Positions 10,095 to 20,065 of a DNA stretch of 64,000 nt are shown here, one piece after another; position 1 is the first letter of the stretch; every line of letters begins with the position of its first letter. Source of the stretch: Candidatus Poribacteria bacterium (GTDB lineage: Bacteria; Poribacteria; WGA-4E; PCPOR2b); assembly GCA_965218095.1 (NCBI GenBank), contig OZ244587.1, positions 4,928,001-4,992,000 of the forward strand, written 5' to 3'. A program made the position numbers and the translations under genes. The notes under the pieces are model-generated. The model was given only the letters and a program-made list of their open reading frames with translations. It did no database searches and was not told the DNA's origin.

Positions 10095-11506
10095 ATGGCA
10101 CTGGCGCCGAGATTAGTGGTTGAAGTTTTTGAGCACATTCATTATCAAGGTCGCAGAGCAACAATTATCGATTCCGTTGCAACTACGTCGGATATTGGTG
10201 TGCATGACATCATCTCTTCGGTTAAGGTTTATAAGGGTCCCGGTTTTAACGCTTCCCCTAATTACAAGGCGATCTTCTATGAGGATGTCAACTATCAGGG
10301 ACGAAAGTTGGTGCTGCCGCCGGGATACTATCCGAGTATTCATGAGATTCCTTACAACTTCGGCGATGTGATTTCTTCCGTTGGCTTTAGCCCCGCGGCT
10401 CAAACAACGCCCCCGGATTACGGCGCAATTCCGATCGTTATCGAAGCCTTTCGCGATCTTGACTTTCAAGGTCAAAAGAGCGTTATCATGTGTGATATCA
10501 GCGACCTCAAAGAGATTGGCATGGACAATGTGATTTCGTCCCTGCGGATTCAACGCGGTCCCAATTTCCCTTTCAGTGGCTGTCAGGCGATTTTCTATGC
10601 ACAGCCAAATTTTGAAGGCAGGCGGATGAACATCCCGTTGGGTTCACGGGAATTTCAAGTGACAATACGGAGTCTTCACACACTACCTCAGTCTTTTTCA
10701 GATGTGATTTCGTCTATCAAAATTGTGCCAGTTGGGGTTTTTCGCGTCCTAATCGTCGTCGGTGACAATCTGACCACCGAGCCAGCGATTTTAGAATCGC
10801 TCCCTGAGATCGAGGGAAACAAATTTCAGTATACGACAGTTCATATTAATCCCAATCCGGATAATCGAGGCGATCCGAACAACGCCGTTAAGCTCTCCAG
10901 CATCACGCTTTCTGAATACGACATTATTTGGTTTACATAGAATGCGCCAGGCCACGATCGGGAGTATTTGTTAGAAGATGCGGAGATAGCAATCAGAGAT
11001 TTTGTGAGAAAAGGCGGGGTTGTCTGGGCATCCGCCATGGATGATAATATTATCCCTCCCGATGGCGTACACAGCACCGAACCGATGTGGCGTGGGGGTT
11101 GGCTCCCCGTGGACCGTCACCCCATTCGTGTTGTGAACTCAAGCGATATCAATGTCAGGATCACGCCCGAAGGACAAAAGACCGGTGTGTTCACCTGGCC
11201 CCATCAGGTCGATGTTGACGCATTGGTCACCGATGATCATTGGGTCACCGATGATCCGGCATATACCCGATTAGCCGTGCGCAGTGATAACGAAGATGCT
11301 GTTGGCGTCCAGTTGCGATGGATGGATATTATGTGACTTTTGCTGTGGATACCCGTGATGCACGACGCGCATCTCTCGCAAAAACGCTCATCGAAAATGT
11401 CCTTTGTTATCTTGCAAGCCTTGCGTGGCAGACCTCGCCTCGCCAACCCCTCAAAGGGCGCTATCGAACCCATTCCAATGCCGAGCGGCATATGCAGAAT
11501 GTGTGA
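10095..11506 (+). pseudogene. Beta/gamma-crystallin (4 Greek keys) + class I glutamine-amidotransferase-like domain protein
   Basis: Four FEH/YED/FRD/YAQ-xxF/YxG...ISS motifs, then YDIIWFT*NAPGHD...IRDFVRKGGVVW. In-frame TAG at 10938-40 and a frameshift near 11320 (QLRW/DGYYVTF). Confidence 0.8.
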
Positions 11507-11606
11507 AACGTGATGCGTGAAACATGAAACATAAAAGAAGGAATAATTCCCGAATTTCCTGTTTTCTCGTTCCGCTCTTGAACCGTTCATACTTTAGGAG
11601 AAGCCG

Positions 11607-13650
11607 ATGCGTTTAATCCTTGTAATCGGAATTGTTATTTTAGTCTTGGGATTAGTTGTAATGCTAGTCATCCCGGAATTAACCTCCTCTGTGGAAGGGG
11701 TCCTGCGATGGGTAGTAATTACAAATGTCTTTATTCTCTCTGGTGTTATCGCCTTCATTGCTGTCGTTTTCCGCTACAGAAAACCGAGAGCAGACGTAGC
11801 GCTCGTCCGAACCGGTGGTTGAGGTGAGAAAATCTCAATCACAGGTGGGTTGTGGATTAACACAATTATCCACGAAATCAAGGAAATTTCTCTCAATACC
11901 ATGCGAATTGAGGTCGTGCGGGAATCTCAAGAGGCATTGATTACCCTCGACTTAAACCGGGGAGACATCGAAGCAGTGTTCTATCTCAAAGTGGATCCAG
12001 TAGAGGAAGGTGTATTAAGAGCCGCTCAAGCACTTGGAGATAAGTCGATGACTCCTGAGACTGTGCGTGAATTGATTGAGCCCAAGCTAGAAGGCGCATT
12101 GAGGAGCGTCGCGGCAGAAACCGAAATCCAGGATTTGTTACAGAAACGACAGGAGTTTGCCGATAAAGTTCATGCAGCGTGCGGCGTAGACCTGAAAGAA
12201 CAAAACGGACTAACACTTGAAACGGTCTCGATCATCCGTGTGGATCAAACCCCCGTTCAAACGCTCGACCCAGAGAACCGTTTTGATGCAGTGGGTATAC
12301 GCTCAATCACGGAAATTACGGCAGACTAGGCCCGTGAGAAAGAACGGATTGTCTAGGACAAAGAGGTTGCGATTGTTCAGATTGATGTTGATGCCAGAAT
12401 TCAAAGACTGGCAGCGGAACAGGAACAGGCTTGGGCGGAATCCGATCAACAGAAGAATATCGCAATCTACGCGGCGGAAAGAGAGGCAGATACACTTAAA
12501 TTCCAGTTCGAGATGGAGCGGGGGGTGCAAGAGCGGGAATATGAGACAAAGCAGGAGGTCGAAAAAGCGCGGATTACTCAGGAGCAGACGGTTCAGGAAC
12601 GCGAAATTGAGATGGATAGGGAGGTCCAGCTTGCAAAGGTACAACAGGATCAGGTTGTTGCTGAACGTGAAATCGAGATGAACCTCATCGTTGAAACGCA
12701 GCAGATCGATCAGTCCAAAGCTGTACAACTCACAGAGATTGAGCGAACCTTAACCGTTGAGATGCAAAGGATTGAGCAGGAATCAGGTTGTTGAAATCCG
12801 GGAGATCGAGAAAACCCTTACAATTGAGAGAGCCAAAATCGCCCAAGAGCAAGCCATCTCGCTCCGTGATATTGAGCGAACGTTGGAAGTGGAAACGACT
12901 CGATTCGCCCAGGAGCAAGCGGTACAACAGCGGGAGATTGAAAAGAACCTAGTGGTTGAGACCGCCCAAATCGATCAGAACCGTCAAGTCGAGGTTACCG
13001 AAATCGACAAAATGCTGACTGTGGAGCAGACGCGTATCAATCAAGAGTTAGTCGTCATGCTCAAGGATGAAGATCGGAAGATCGATATCGCGAATAAACA
13101 ACAGGTCACCGCGGCGGCGGAGAAAGAGCAGTTACTGGCGGAAGCGGAACGGATGGGGGCGGAAGTCAATGTCACTGCAACGCAGCGCACAAGGGAGGCG
13201 GAATGGCAGCGTGATGTGGCAATAATCGGCGCGGAGGCGCAGGCGCAACCGATTGAACGTCTGGCAGATGCTATTCTCGCAGAGGCAAGGGCGAAGGCGC
13301 AAGGCGAAATGGCAGAATATGAAGCGCGAAATGTCGCTGAACAGCGTGTCCTCGTTCAGGAAGCCATTCTTGATCTCATCGAAACCTCTCCAGAGCTTGT
13401 GGAAAAACTGATGAAACCTGTCGAGAAGATCGATAGCATTAAGATTCTCAATATGGGAGGCAACGAGAACCATGTCGGCGGCGTCAATCGCAGCAATATG
13501 GGACGCCTCGCAAATACCTTGCTTGATACGGGTGCAATCTCGCCGATGCTGAAAGAGCTGTTCAACTTTGCCGATGTCGATGCCCAGCAAATTGCGGACA
13601 AAGTTGCTGAGTACCTTGCAGATTTGGTGAATCGCCCTAATAATACTTAG
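11607..13650 (+). pseudogene. SPFH/flotillin-like membrane protein with long coiled-coil repeats
   Basis: Two TM segments, VALVRTGG*GEK, ALITLD, EGALRSVAAE and NGLTLETVSI, C-terminal MKPVEKIDSIKI. Lesions: TGA 11820-22, TAG 12327-29, TAG 12354-56 and a +1 frameshift near 12780. Confidence 0.88.
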
Positions 13651-13667
13651 GAGGAGGAGCGCATTAG

Positions 13668-14991
13668 ATGCTCAGGTCTGATTCATTTACCCCGAAACGG
13701 AGACGAGCAAGGAAAAGCCGCTGTCGGACGTGCCGATCGGATAACGGGAAGCGGGTGTGTCCTGCGTTGAATGGCCTCTTAATCTGTCCAGACTGTTGCC
13801 GTGAGAAGCGGGGGAAGATTCCGGGGTGTGACCAACACTGCTGCTACTACAGCCCACTGATTCGCGCAAGCAAAATCCACTCGCCTCCTGATTTCCCGGC
13901 CCACCAGTGTTTGGTCAGCAAGTCCAATGATACCGGCATGCTCACGGTCATTGTCGCTCGTGAGCGACTTGATGGCAATCTCAGAGCGATGTTCCTCCTC
14001 CTTGATCTGTGGAAAAAGGGAATACGAGACTGTTTTGTTGACGCGAATCTGTCGAAGGAAGACCTTAAGCGACAATGTGAGAAACTAGGGAAATCTTATC
14101 ATCTCGCCGAACAACCTCCCACCGATGGAAATGAAGAAGAGATAAGTGCTGTCGATTTGCCCAAAAATACGATTGTCCTTGAGGCGGAATCCGCCGACCA
14201 AATAGATGAGGGCGTAACACCAAATAGATGAGGGCGTAACAATTGTCAAGATGGACGGCGCATCGGGTGGAAAAGCCATTGACAGCGCAAGAGGCGCCCG
14301 GGCGACGCATGAAGTTAACATTCCCAAAACCGGCAAGTGGTATGTATGGATTCGTGGGTTTTTCCCTTCCGTAGACAAGAACTCGTATTGGATCGGGATG
14401 CACAACGCAGCGCCGAATCCCCATGACCCCGCCGGAGGTGAAGGTGCCGTCAGGATATACTCAGAATACGGTGATTCCGTCAACGTGACTGAGGAACGGC
14501 CCTTCAACATCTGGCATTGGGATTCTGGGGTGAAGAACGAACCACCGCCGAACCGCTTTTTTGAGGTCAAAGCGGTGGGGACGTATAAGTTGTGGTCAAA
14601 AGGGCGGGAACCCGGATCTATATTGGATCAGATCTTGCTGACAATGGATGAGGACTTCAACGCGGAAGTGGCATCCAAAGGGAAAGCGATTCCCGTTACC
14701 ACACGGGAATCTCCATTTGAGCGAATGCCATTCGCTGAATGCCAAAAACTCATCCGCCATGCTCTGGATATCGCAACGGAAGTGAACACGGAAATTCCCT
14801 GGGAATTCCATTACTGGGGCGACACTTTGGGCGATCTCTCTAAAGTCCCCACGGAAGGTTCACTTTACAAATGTCCAAAGTGCGGTGAAGATTTGCCGCA
14901 ATCTGCTGTTGATCTCATCAAGCAACACGCCCAATCCGATGACATCCAATTTTATATCGTCTGCCGGAAGTGTGGCGGAGTGTTTGATTAG
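13668..14991 (+). pseudogene. Cys-rich (Zn-finger) protein with an inserted carbohydrate-binding-like domain
   Basis: A 22-bp tandem duplication (14198-14219/14220-14241) frameshifts one gene; removing it joins AESADQIDEGVT to IVKMDGASGGK. CxxC clusters at both ends. Confidence 0.8.
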
Positions 14992-15180
14992 TGGTTTACG
15001 GCAGCAGTATTTGGTTAAATTAGACCCCGATTGAAGATCAGGATCTGGGTCTTGGTAACCGCCCGAGCAATTATGCTTCAAAGCACTGGTCGCAATCCCC
15101 CTCTGAATCGCACCAACTCCGTTCTGGATCTCATCTTATTTGCCGCCATTCAAGCGTCGCCGAAGACTCACTGTTTTTTG

Positions 15181-15209
15181 TTGCAAATGATCCGAATCTG
15201 ATATATAAT
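15181..15209 (+). promoter_or_regulatory. Sigma70 promoter of the nuo operon
   Basis: TTGCAA-17 nt-TATAAT. Confidence 0.72.
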
Positions 15210-15296
15210 AGATACGCTCTGGGTAGCAGCAGATTTGTATAAAATAGTATTGTTCTGTCGATTGCGCAGTTTCAGGCAATTCTTTTTTTAGCCTCT

Positions 15297-15320
15297 AGTT
15301 TGTGATAAATTTCACAAACT
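15297..15320. promoter_or_regulatory. Palindromic operator, Rex-box/CRP-like
   Basis: agtTTGTGATAAATTTCACAAact is one mismatch from Rex TTGTGAA-N4-TTCACAA and an exact TGTGA-N6-TCACA; it lies between the promoter and nuoA. Confidence 0.7.
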
Positions 15321-15342
15321 CCCCTGAAAGGTTACGGAATAA

Positions 15343-15735
15343 ATGCTTTTTAATTTCGCGAATGTGCTCATCTTTTTGGTTGTTGGTTGCTTATTTGTAA
15401 CACTTAACCTCACTGTTTCTCGCTTGCTCCAAACTAGGCTGTTTATGGATGAAAAATATATACCTTATGAGTGCGGTGAGGATCCAATTGGTGATACTCG
15501 TATCAAGTTTAATGCGCGTTTCTACGTCATTGCGCTAATTTTCTTGATTTTTGATGTTGAGATTGTGTTTCTGTTTCCGTGGGGCGTTGTTTTCCGTGAT
15601 ATTGGTATTCTTGCATTCGTCGAGATGTTGATTTTCATCTTTATTCTACTGGTCGGCCTTGCCTACGTTTGGGCGAAAGGGGACCTCGAATGGATCCGCT
15701 TGATTCAGTCAGTAAGGGAGGAAAGTAACCAATGA
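15343..15735 (+). CDS. nuoA: NADH-quinone oxidoreductase subunit A
   Basis: YECGEDP and [21 protein letters not shown]. Confidence 0.96.
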   Translation: MLFNFANVLIFLVVGCLFVTLNLTVSRLLQTRLFMDEKYIPYECGEDPIGDTRIKFNARFYVIALIFLIFDVEIVFLFPWGVVFRDIGILAFVEMLIFIFILLVGLAYVWAKGDLEWIRLIQSVREESNQ

Positions 15736-16346
15736 TAATCGAAGAGAAACTGGATAAGAACATTATTGTGACCTCCATTGATGCCGTTGCCAACTGGGCA
15801 CGCGCGTCTTCTTTGTGGCCTATGACCTTTGGTCTCGCCTGTTGCGCGATCGAGTTTATGGCGACTGCCGCTGCTAATTATGATCTGGATCGCTTTGGCG
15901 CCGGTGTTCCTCGTGCGACTCCCCGTCAATCCGACCTGATTATCGTTTCGGGAACGGTCACGTTGAAAATGGCAACCCGGATTAAACGCCTCTATGAACA
16001 GATGCCTGAACCAAAATATGTCATTTCTATGGGAAGCTGCGCTACGAGTGGAGGTCCCTACTGGCAGCACGGCTATCATGTCCTGAAGGGTGTAGATCGA
16101 ATTATCCCTGTTGATGTCTATGTTCCAGGTTGCCCCCCGAGACCGGAAGCTGTACTTGAAGGTTTGATGAAGTTGCAAGAAAAGATTAAAACACAGACGG
16201 TAGCGAAACGGGCCAATATGCCTTTCTTAAAGAAACTTTTCACCAAAACGGACCTGGAGAATAATGAACAAGCAATGGCTGCAGCACAGGCTGAAGCGCA
16301 GGCACATCTCGCCGAACATGAAGAACAGGAAGAAGCCGCTGATTAA
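15732..16346 (+). CDS. nuoB: NADH-quinone oxidoreductase subunit B
   Basis: [15 protein letters not shown] and [14 protein letters not shown]. Confidence 0.97.
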   Translation: MIIEEKLDKNIIVTSIDAVANWARASSLWPMTFGLACCAIEFMATAAANYDLDRFGAGVPRATPRQSDLIIVSGTVTLKMATRIKRLYEQMPEPKYVISMGSCATSGGPYWQHGYHVLKGVDRIIPVDVYVPGCPPRPEAVLEGLMKLQEKIKTQTVAKRANMPFLKKLFTKTDLENNEQAMAAAQAEAQAHLAEHEEQEEAAD

Positions 16347-16398
16347 ACTCACTAACCTTTCAAAGGTTCAATTTTAAGAAAGGAGAATTGCAACGTGA

Positions 16399-16917
16399 TT
16401 GGCAACTTTCCAAAAGCGTTGCCTTTTTTCCGTGACACCACAAGAAGTTTACGAAAAACTAAAAGATAAATTTGGAGAATCAATCCTCTCCTTTGAAGAA
16501 GCCATCGCCGATCCGTTTATCGTCGTCTCACCCGAATCGATTGCTGATGTCGCAGAATACCTTGCCGAAAATGAAGCATTAGCTTTTGATTTCCTCATGT
16601 GTTTAAGCGGCGTAGATCTTGGCGCCAAAGATTCCAATTTTTACGTCGTGTATCACCTCTACTCAATGACCCACCGTCACAAACTGGTCCTTAAAGTCAT
16701 TCTTCCTAAAGAAGAAGAACCCCACGTTTCCACCGTTGAGCATATCTGGAAAACCGCCAACTGGCATGAGCGGGAGGCGTATGATCTGTATGGGATTGTC
16801 TTCGATGGGCACAGCGATCTGCGTCGCATCTTGCTTCCAGACGATTGGGAAGGATACCCGTTGCGTAAGGATTATAAGGAGCCGGAGTTCTATCGAGGGA
16901 TGCGAGTGCCGTATTGA
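16399..16917 (+). CDS. nuoC: NADH-quinone oxidoreductase subunit C (start TTG 16399 or GTG 16432)
   Basis: ANWHEREAYDLYGIVFDGHSDLRRILLPDDWEGYPLRKDY. Confidence 0.95.
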   Translation: MATFQKRCLFSVTPQEVYEKLKDKFGESILSFEEAIADPFIVVSPESIADVAEYLAENEALAFDFLMCLSGVDLGAKDSNFYVVYHLYSMTHRHKLVLKVILPKEEEPHVSTVEHIWKTANWHEREAYDLYGIVFDGHSDLRRILLPDDWEGYPLRKDYKEPEFYRGMRVPY

Positions 16918-16943
16918 TGTACGTTGGGAGGGAGCAAAAAACG

Positions 16944-17183
16944 ATGGCGCTGTCAGAGCAGTATCAACAACAGATTATCAATAGACTTAAACAATTGCCA
17001 GAGGAAAAATTAGCCGAGGTTGTCGATTTTGTGACATTCTTAAAGGACAAATATCAACCTTGCACAGAGAAAAAAATAGTCAAATTTGGCGGTCTATAGA
17101 AAGGGTTTGAACCTACGGATAAGGGAATTCAAGCGGCGCAGAAAGAAATGTGGCACCATCTTGATACAAAGGAAATACCATGA
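16944..17183 (+). pseudogene. DUF2281-like antitoxin with in-frame TAG
   Basis: LKQLPEEKLAEVVDFVTFLKDK...KFGGL*KGF (TAG at 17097-99, probably Trp); the read-through stop overlaps the next ATG (ATGA). Confidence 0.7.
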
Positions 17184-17545
17184 GTGAGCAAGTTACTATC
17201 CAGGTATCCGACCGGGTAATACATCATGCAACGCATACAGCAGCGCAGAATCAACGGCGAATTGAGGAAGTATTGTCAGACTGGTTAGAGGGCGTCATCA
17301 CTGAAATGCCGGTAGAAGCGATGCCAGATGAGGAAATATTAGCACTTGCGGAACTTCAACTTACGACGGAGCAGCAGACAACCTTGAGCGACTTGTTGGC
17401 GCAGAACCGGGAAGATACCCTCAATGACGAGAGACGCCGTCAACTAGATGAGTTGATGGGCGCCTACGAACGCGGTCTACTTCGCAAGGCGCAAGCGCTT
17501 CGGGTTGCTGTGCAACGAGGTTTACGCGAACCGCTACGGCCATGA
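17180..17545 (+). CDS. Hypothetical protein, putative antitoxin partner of the HNH nuclease
   Basis: LSDLLAQNRE.TL...ERRRQLDELM..YERGLLRKAQAL pattern; translationally coupled to the HNH gene. Confidence 0.7.
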   Translation: MSEQVTIQVSDRVIHHATHTAAQNQRRIEEVLSDWLEGVITEMPVEAMPDEEILALAELQLTTEQQTTLSDLLAQNREDTLNDERRRQLDELMGAYERGLLRKAQALRVAVQRGLREPLRP

Positions 17546-17949
17546 GCTCAACTATTGTGTCTGCCACCATACGTCAGCGTGTGCGAGAGGCTGCATGTGA
17601 CCGTTGTGGTTACTGTCTCAGTTCACAACAGTATGTGATGGGGAAATTGGAAACCGAACACATTATTCCACTGGCTCGGGGCGGGAGCAATGATGAGTCA
17701 AACCTGTGGCTTTCTTGTAGTTTGTGCAACCGTTATAAGGGGGCTCAGATTGCGGGAGGTGACCCATATAGCGGTGAAACGGTGGCGTTGTTCAATCCAC
17801 GTACTCAGGTCTGGAGCGAACATTTTCGCTGGAGTCGGGACGGAGCACATATCCTTGGCTTAACGCCCATTGGTCGGGCAACTGTTGAAGCGCTTCGACT
17901 CAATAACGATGTAGCGGTATTAGCCGGCTGGCATCCCCCCGAGGTGTAA
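17542..17949 (+). CDS. HNH endonuclease
   Basis: RCGYC, EHIIPLARGGSNDESNLWLSCSLCNRYKG and LFNPRTQVWSEHFRW. Confidence 0.88.
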   Translation: MSSTIVSATIRQRVREAACDRCGYCLSSQQYVMGKLETEHIIPLARGGSNDESNLWLSCSLCNRYKGAQIAGGDPYSGETVALFNPRTQVWSEHFRWSRDGAHILGLTPIGRATVEALRLNNDVAVLAGWHPPEV

Positions 17950-18080
17950 CGTGAAGTTTCCTTTCATTACGACCTCCGTTAATGTGGAAGAAGAAGAAAG
18001 CCAAAGATGCAATCATTTACTTGTTTCGTGAAGAAAGAGGGAACCTAGTCTATTTTGCTTGATAGTAAAGAGGAACTTGT

Positions 18081-18446
18081 ATGGAAGCAAATATAGTTAA
18101 TCTGCAAACTCTGTTTGAACAGCAGGTCTCATATCAAATTCCTCAATTCCAGAGACGCTACGAATGGAAAGAGAAGAGGCAATGGCAACCTCTCTGGGAA
18201 GATGTACGTAAGGCTGCAATGCGCTTTCGCAACAAGGAAGGGCACGATAAAATACGACCACACTTTATGGGAGCCATCGTCCTACAACTGCAACAAAGCA
18301 ATACTGGGGAGGTAACGAAAAGACTGGTAGTTGATGGACACAGCGATCTGCATTGCATCTTGCTTCCGGACGACTGGGAAGGGCACCCCATGCGTAAGGA
18401 TTATAAAGAGCCTGAGTTCTATCGAGGGATGCGAGTGCCGTATTAA
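18081..18446 (+). pseudogene. Chimera of a DUF262 (GmrSD/ParB-like) N-terminus and a nuoC 3' end
   Basis: YQIPQFQRRYEW...LWED...HFMGAIVL...LVVDG is followed by HSDL..ILLPDDWEGHPMRKDY in place of the expected QQRL. Confidence 0.85.
18333..18446 (+). repeat. Second copy of the nuoC 3' 114 bp (direct repeat of 16804-16917)
   Basis: Manual alignment: 12 mismatches in 114 nt, 8 of them silent. Confidence 0.92.
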
Positions 18447-18456
18447 TGCGTGAGTA

Positions 18457-19240
18457 ATGATAGAAGACCAAATACGAATAACCCAAATACGACGGATTTG
18501 CGATGAGCACCGTATAACAACACTTGTGCATTTTACCCGGATCGAAAATCTATCTAGCATTCTGCAAAAAGGTGTATTGAGTCGCAGTATTCTGGAAACA
18601 AGCGGACAACAGTTTTTCTGGAATGATTCAGATCGGGCTGATGGACATCCAGAAGCAATTTGCTTAAGCATTAGTTTTCCAAACTATCGCATGTTCTATT
18701 CAATTAGATAAGGAGAAGGAGAATACTCAAGGGGTTAACGATTGGCAGTGGGTTGTTTTACTTCTTGATGCAAAAATGTTGTGGGAGTTGGACTGTGCAT
18801 TTTGTCAAGAAAATGCCTCATCTAACGCTGTTCGTTATATTCCATTGGGGGATAGAAAAAAACCTGATGCACTAAAAGGTATGGTAGAAGATTACCACGC
18901 TATTAAGCGTCAATCTTTACAAATACCCAGCGACTACCCAACGCATCCCCAAGCAGAAATTCTGGTATTTGACCAAATTCCTGCACGGTATATCAACGAA
19001 GTCCATTTTTTTACTAATACTGCTTTGGAGCAATGGTTGGCTAGCAGCCAAGCAGCTTTTTCTCGAACAGTTTCCGGTGAACCGCGCTATAGCTATCAAC
19101 GAGAATATTTCTATCCTAGATGTGATTACCTAAAATGGCAGTCTGCTGGTTCGGACAACAATGATATATCTGAGGTTGACGAGCATCAGGATTTTTGTGA
19201 GAATTCCGAGCCATGTATAGAGAAGGATATACCTTTTTAG
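18457..19240 (+). pseudogene. darT: DarT (DUF4433) ssDNA ADP-ribosyltransferase toxin, DarT1 type, frameshifted
   Basis: LVHFTRIENLSSILQKGVLSR, AICLSISFPNYRMF and catalytic PTHPQAEILVF; one extra base near 18709 (AGA-T-AAG) splits the gene. Confidence 0.85.
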
Positions 19241-19252
19241 GAGGTGAGAGGA

Positions 19253-20065
19253 ATGGCAAAACGCCCTATTTTTACCCCTGATTTCAGCGATTTTCCTTAT
19301 GTTAAAGCGGTGGACATAGAGTTTCGATGGTATTCTGGTTTTGCAAAATCGCAGCTCCAAAAATCCATCGCCTCCCTACACAAAGCCGCTGAGGATAAAG
19401 GCATTGCTCCAATTTTGGAAATCTCAGGAAAATCTACTTCAGCCTTGGGTGTTTCATTGAGTGCTTTTAATCTCCCTTTAAAAACGACAAACGGACAAAC
19501 GTTGAGCGTGGAATGTGCCTATCAAGGAAGCAAGGTGTTTGAAAACGGTGGCCCCTACCAAGATCTGTATTCGGTCTCGAGTCGAGTGGCGAAAACCGAC
19601 GAGCGGTTGCGGAATTCGGGGGAGCTAATTGCTTTTGACTTCTTCGGTGAAGACTTTCCCATAGAACCCCAAACAGCTTTCTACGACTGGTTATACCTGA
19701 CTGCGCTTTGGCAGAAAAATCCAAATATAGCAAAAGAAGAGCTTGAACCGTTTGAAGGGTTTTCAGATATAGTCTTTAATCCGCAACGATCTCTCAATTG
19801 TCAAGCACGTACCGCCGCGCTTTTTGTTTCGTTAAGCAAAGAAGAGTTGCTTGATGAACAGTTTCTCAATAAGGATTGTTATCTTGAACGAATGGCTTGC
19901 GACTTGGATTGCAACTCAGATAGTCGGAACCGACAAACCGAGCTGACTGCACACCAACTCTATCTATGGCCATTCACTGAAAAATTTAAGGCTACTAAGT
20001 TCCTGTTAATCAACCTAATCGGGTTAAAGGAAATTCATCATGGCAGTACCACAACCGGAAAGTAA
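19253..20065 (+). CDS. DarT1-associated NADAR family antitoxin
   Basis: MAKRPIF, LEISGKS...LGVSLSAFNL, SVECAYQGSKVFENGGPY, AFYDWLY and FSDIVFNP..SLNCQAR; directly downstream of darT. Confidence 0.82.
   Translation: MAKRPIFTPDFSDFPYVKAVDIEFRWYSGFAKSQLQKSIASLHKAAEDKGIAPILEISGKSTSALGVSLSAFNLPLKTTNGQTLSVECAYQGSKVFENGGPYQDLYSVSSRVAKTDERLRNSGELIAFDFFGEDFPIEPQTAFYDWLYLTALWQKNPNIAKEELEPFEGFSDIVFNPQRSLNCQARTAALFVSLSKEELLDEQFLNKDCYLERMACDLDCNSDSRNRQTELTAHQLYLWPFTEKFKATKFLLINLIGLKEIHHGSTTTGK

Noticed and set aside
16804-18446. attL/attR of a prophage or integrative element
   Set aside because: No integrase is present, the repeat copies are about 10% diverged mostly at silent sites, and the right junction falls inside a truncated DUF262 gene.
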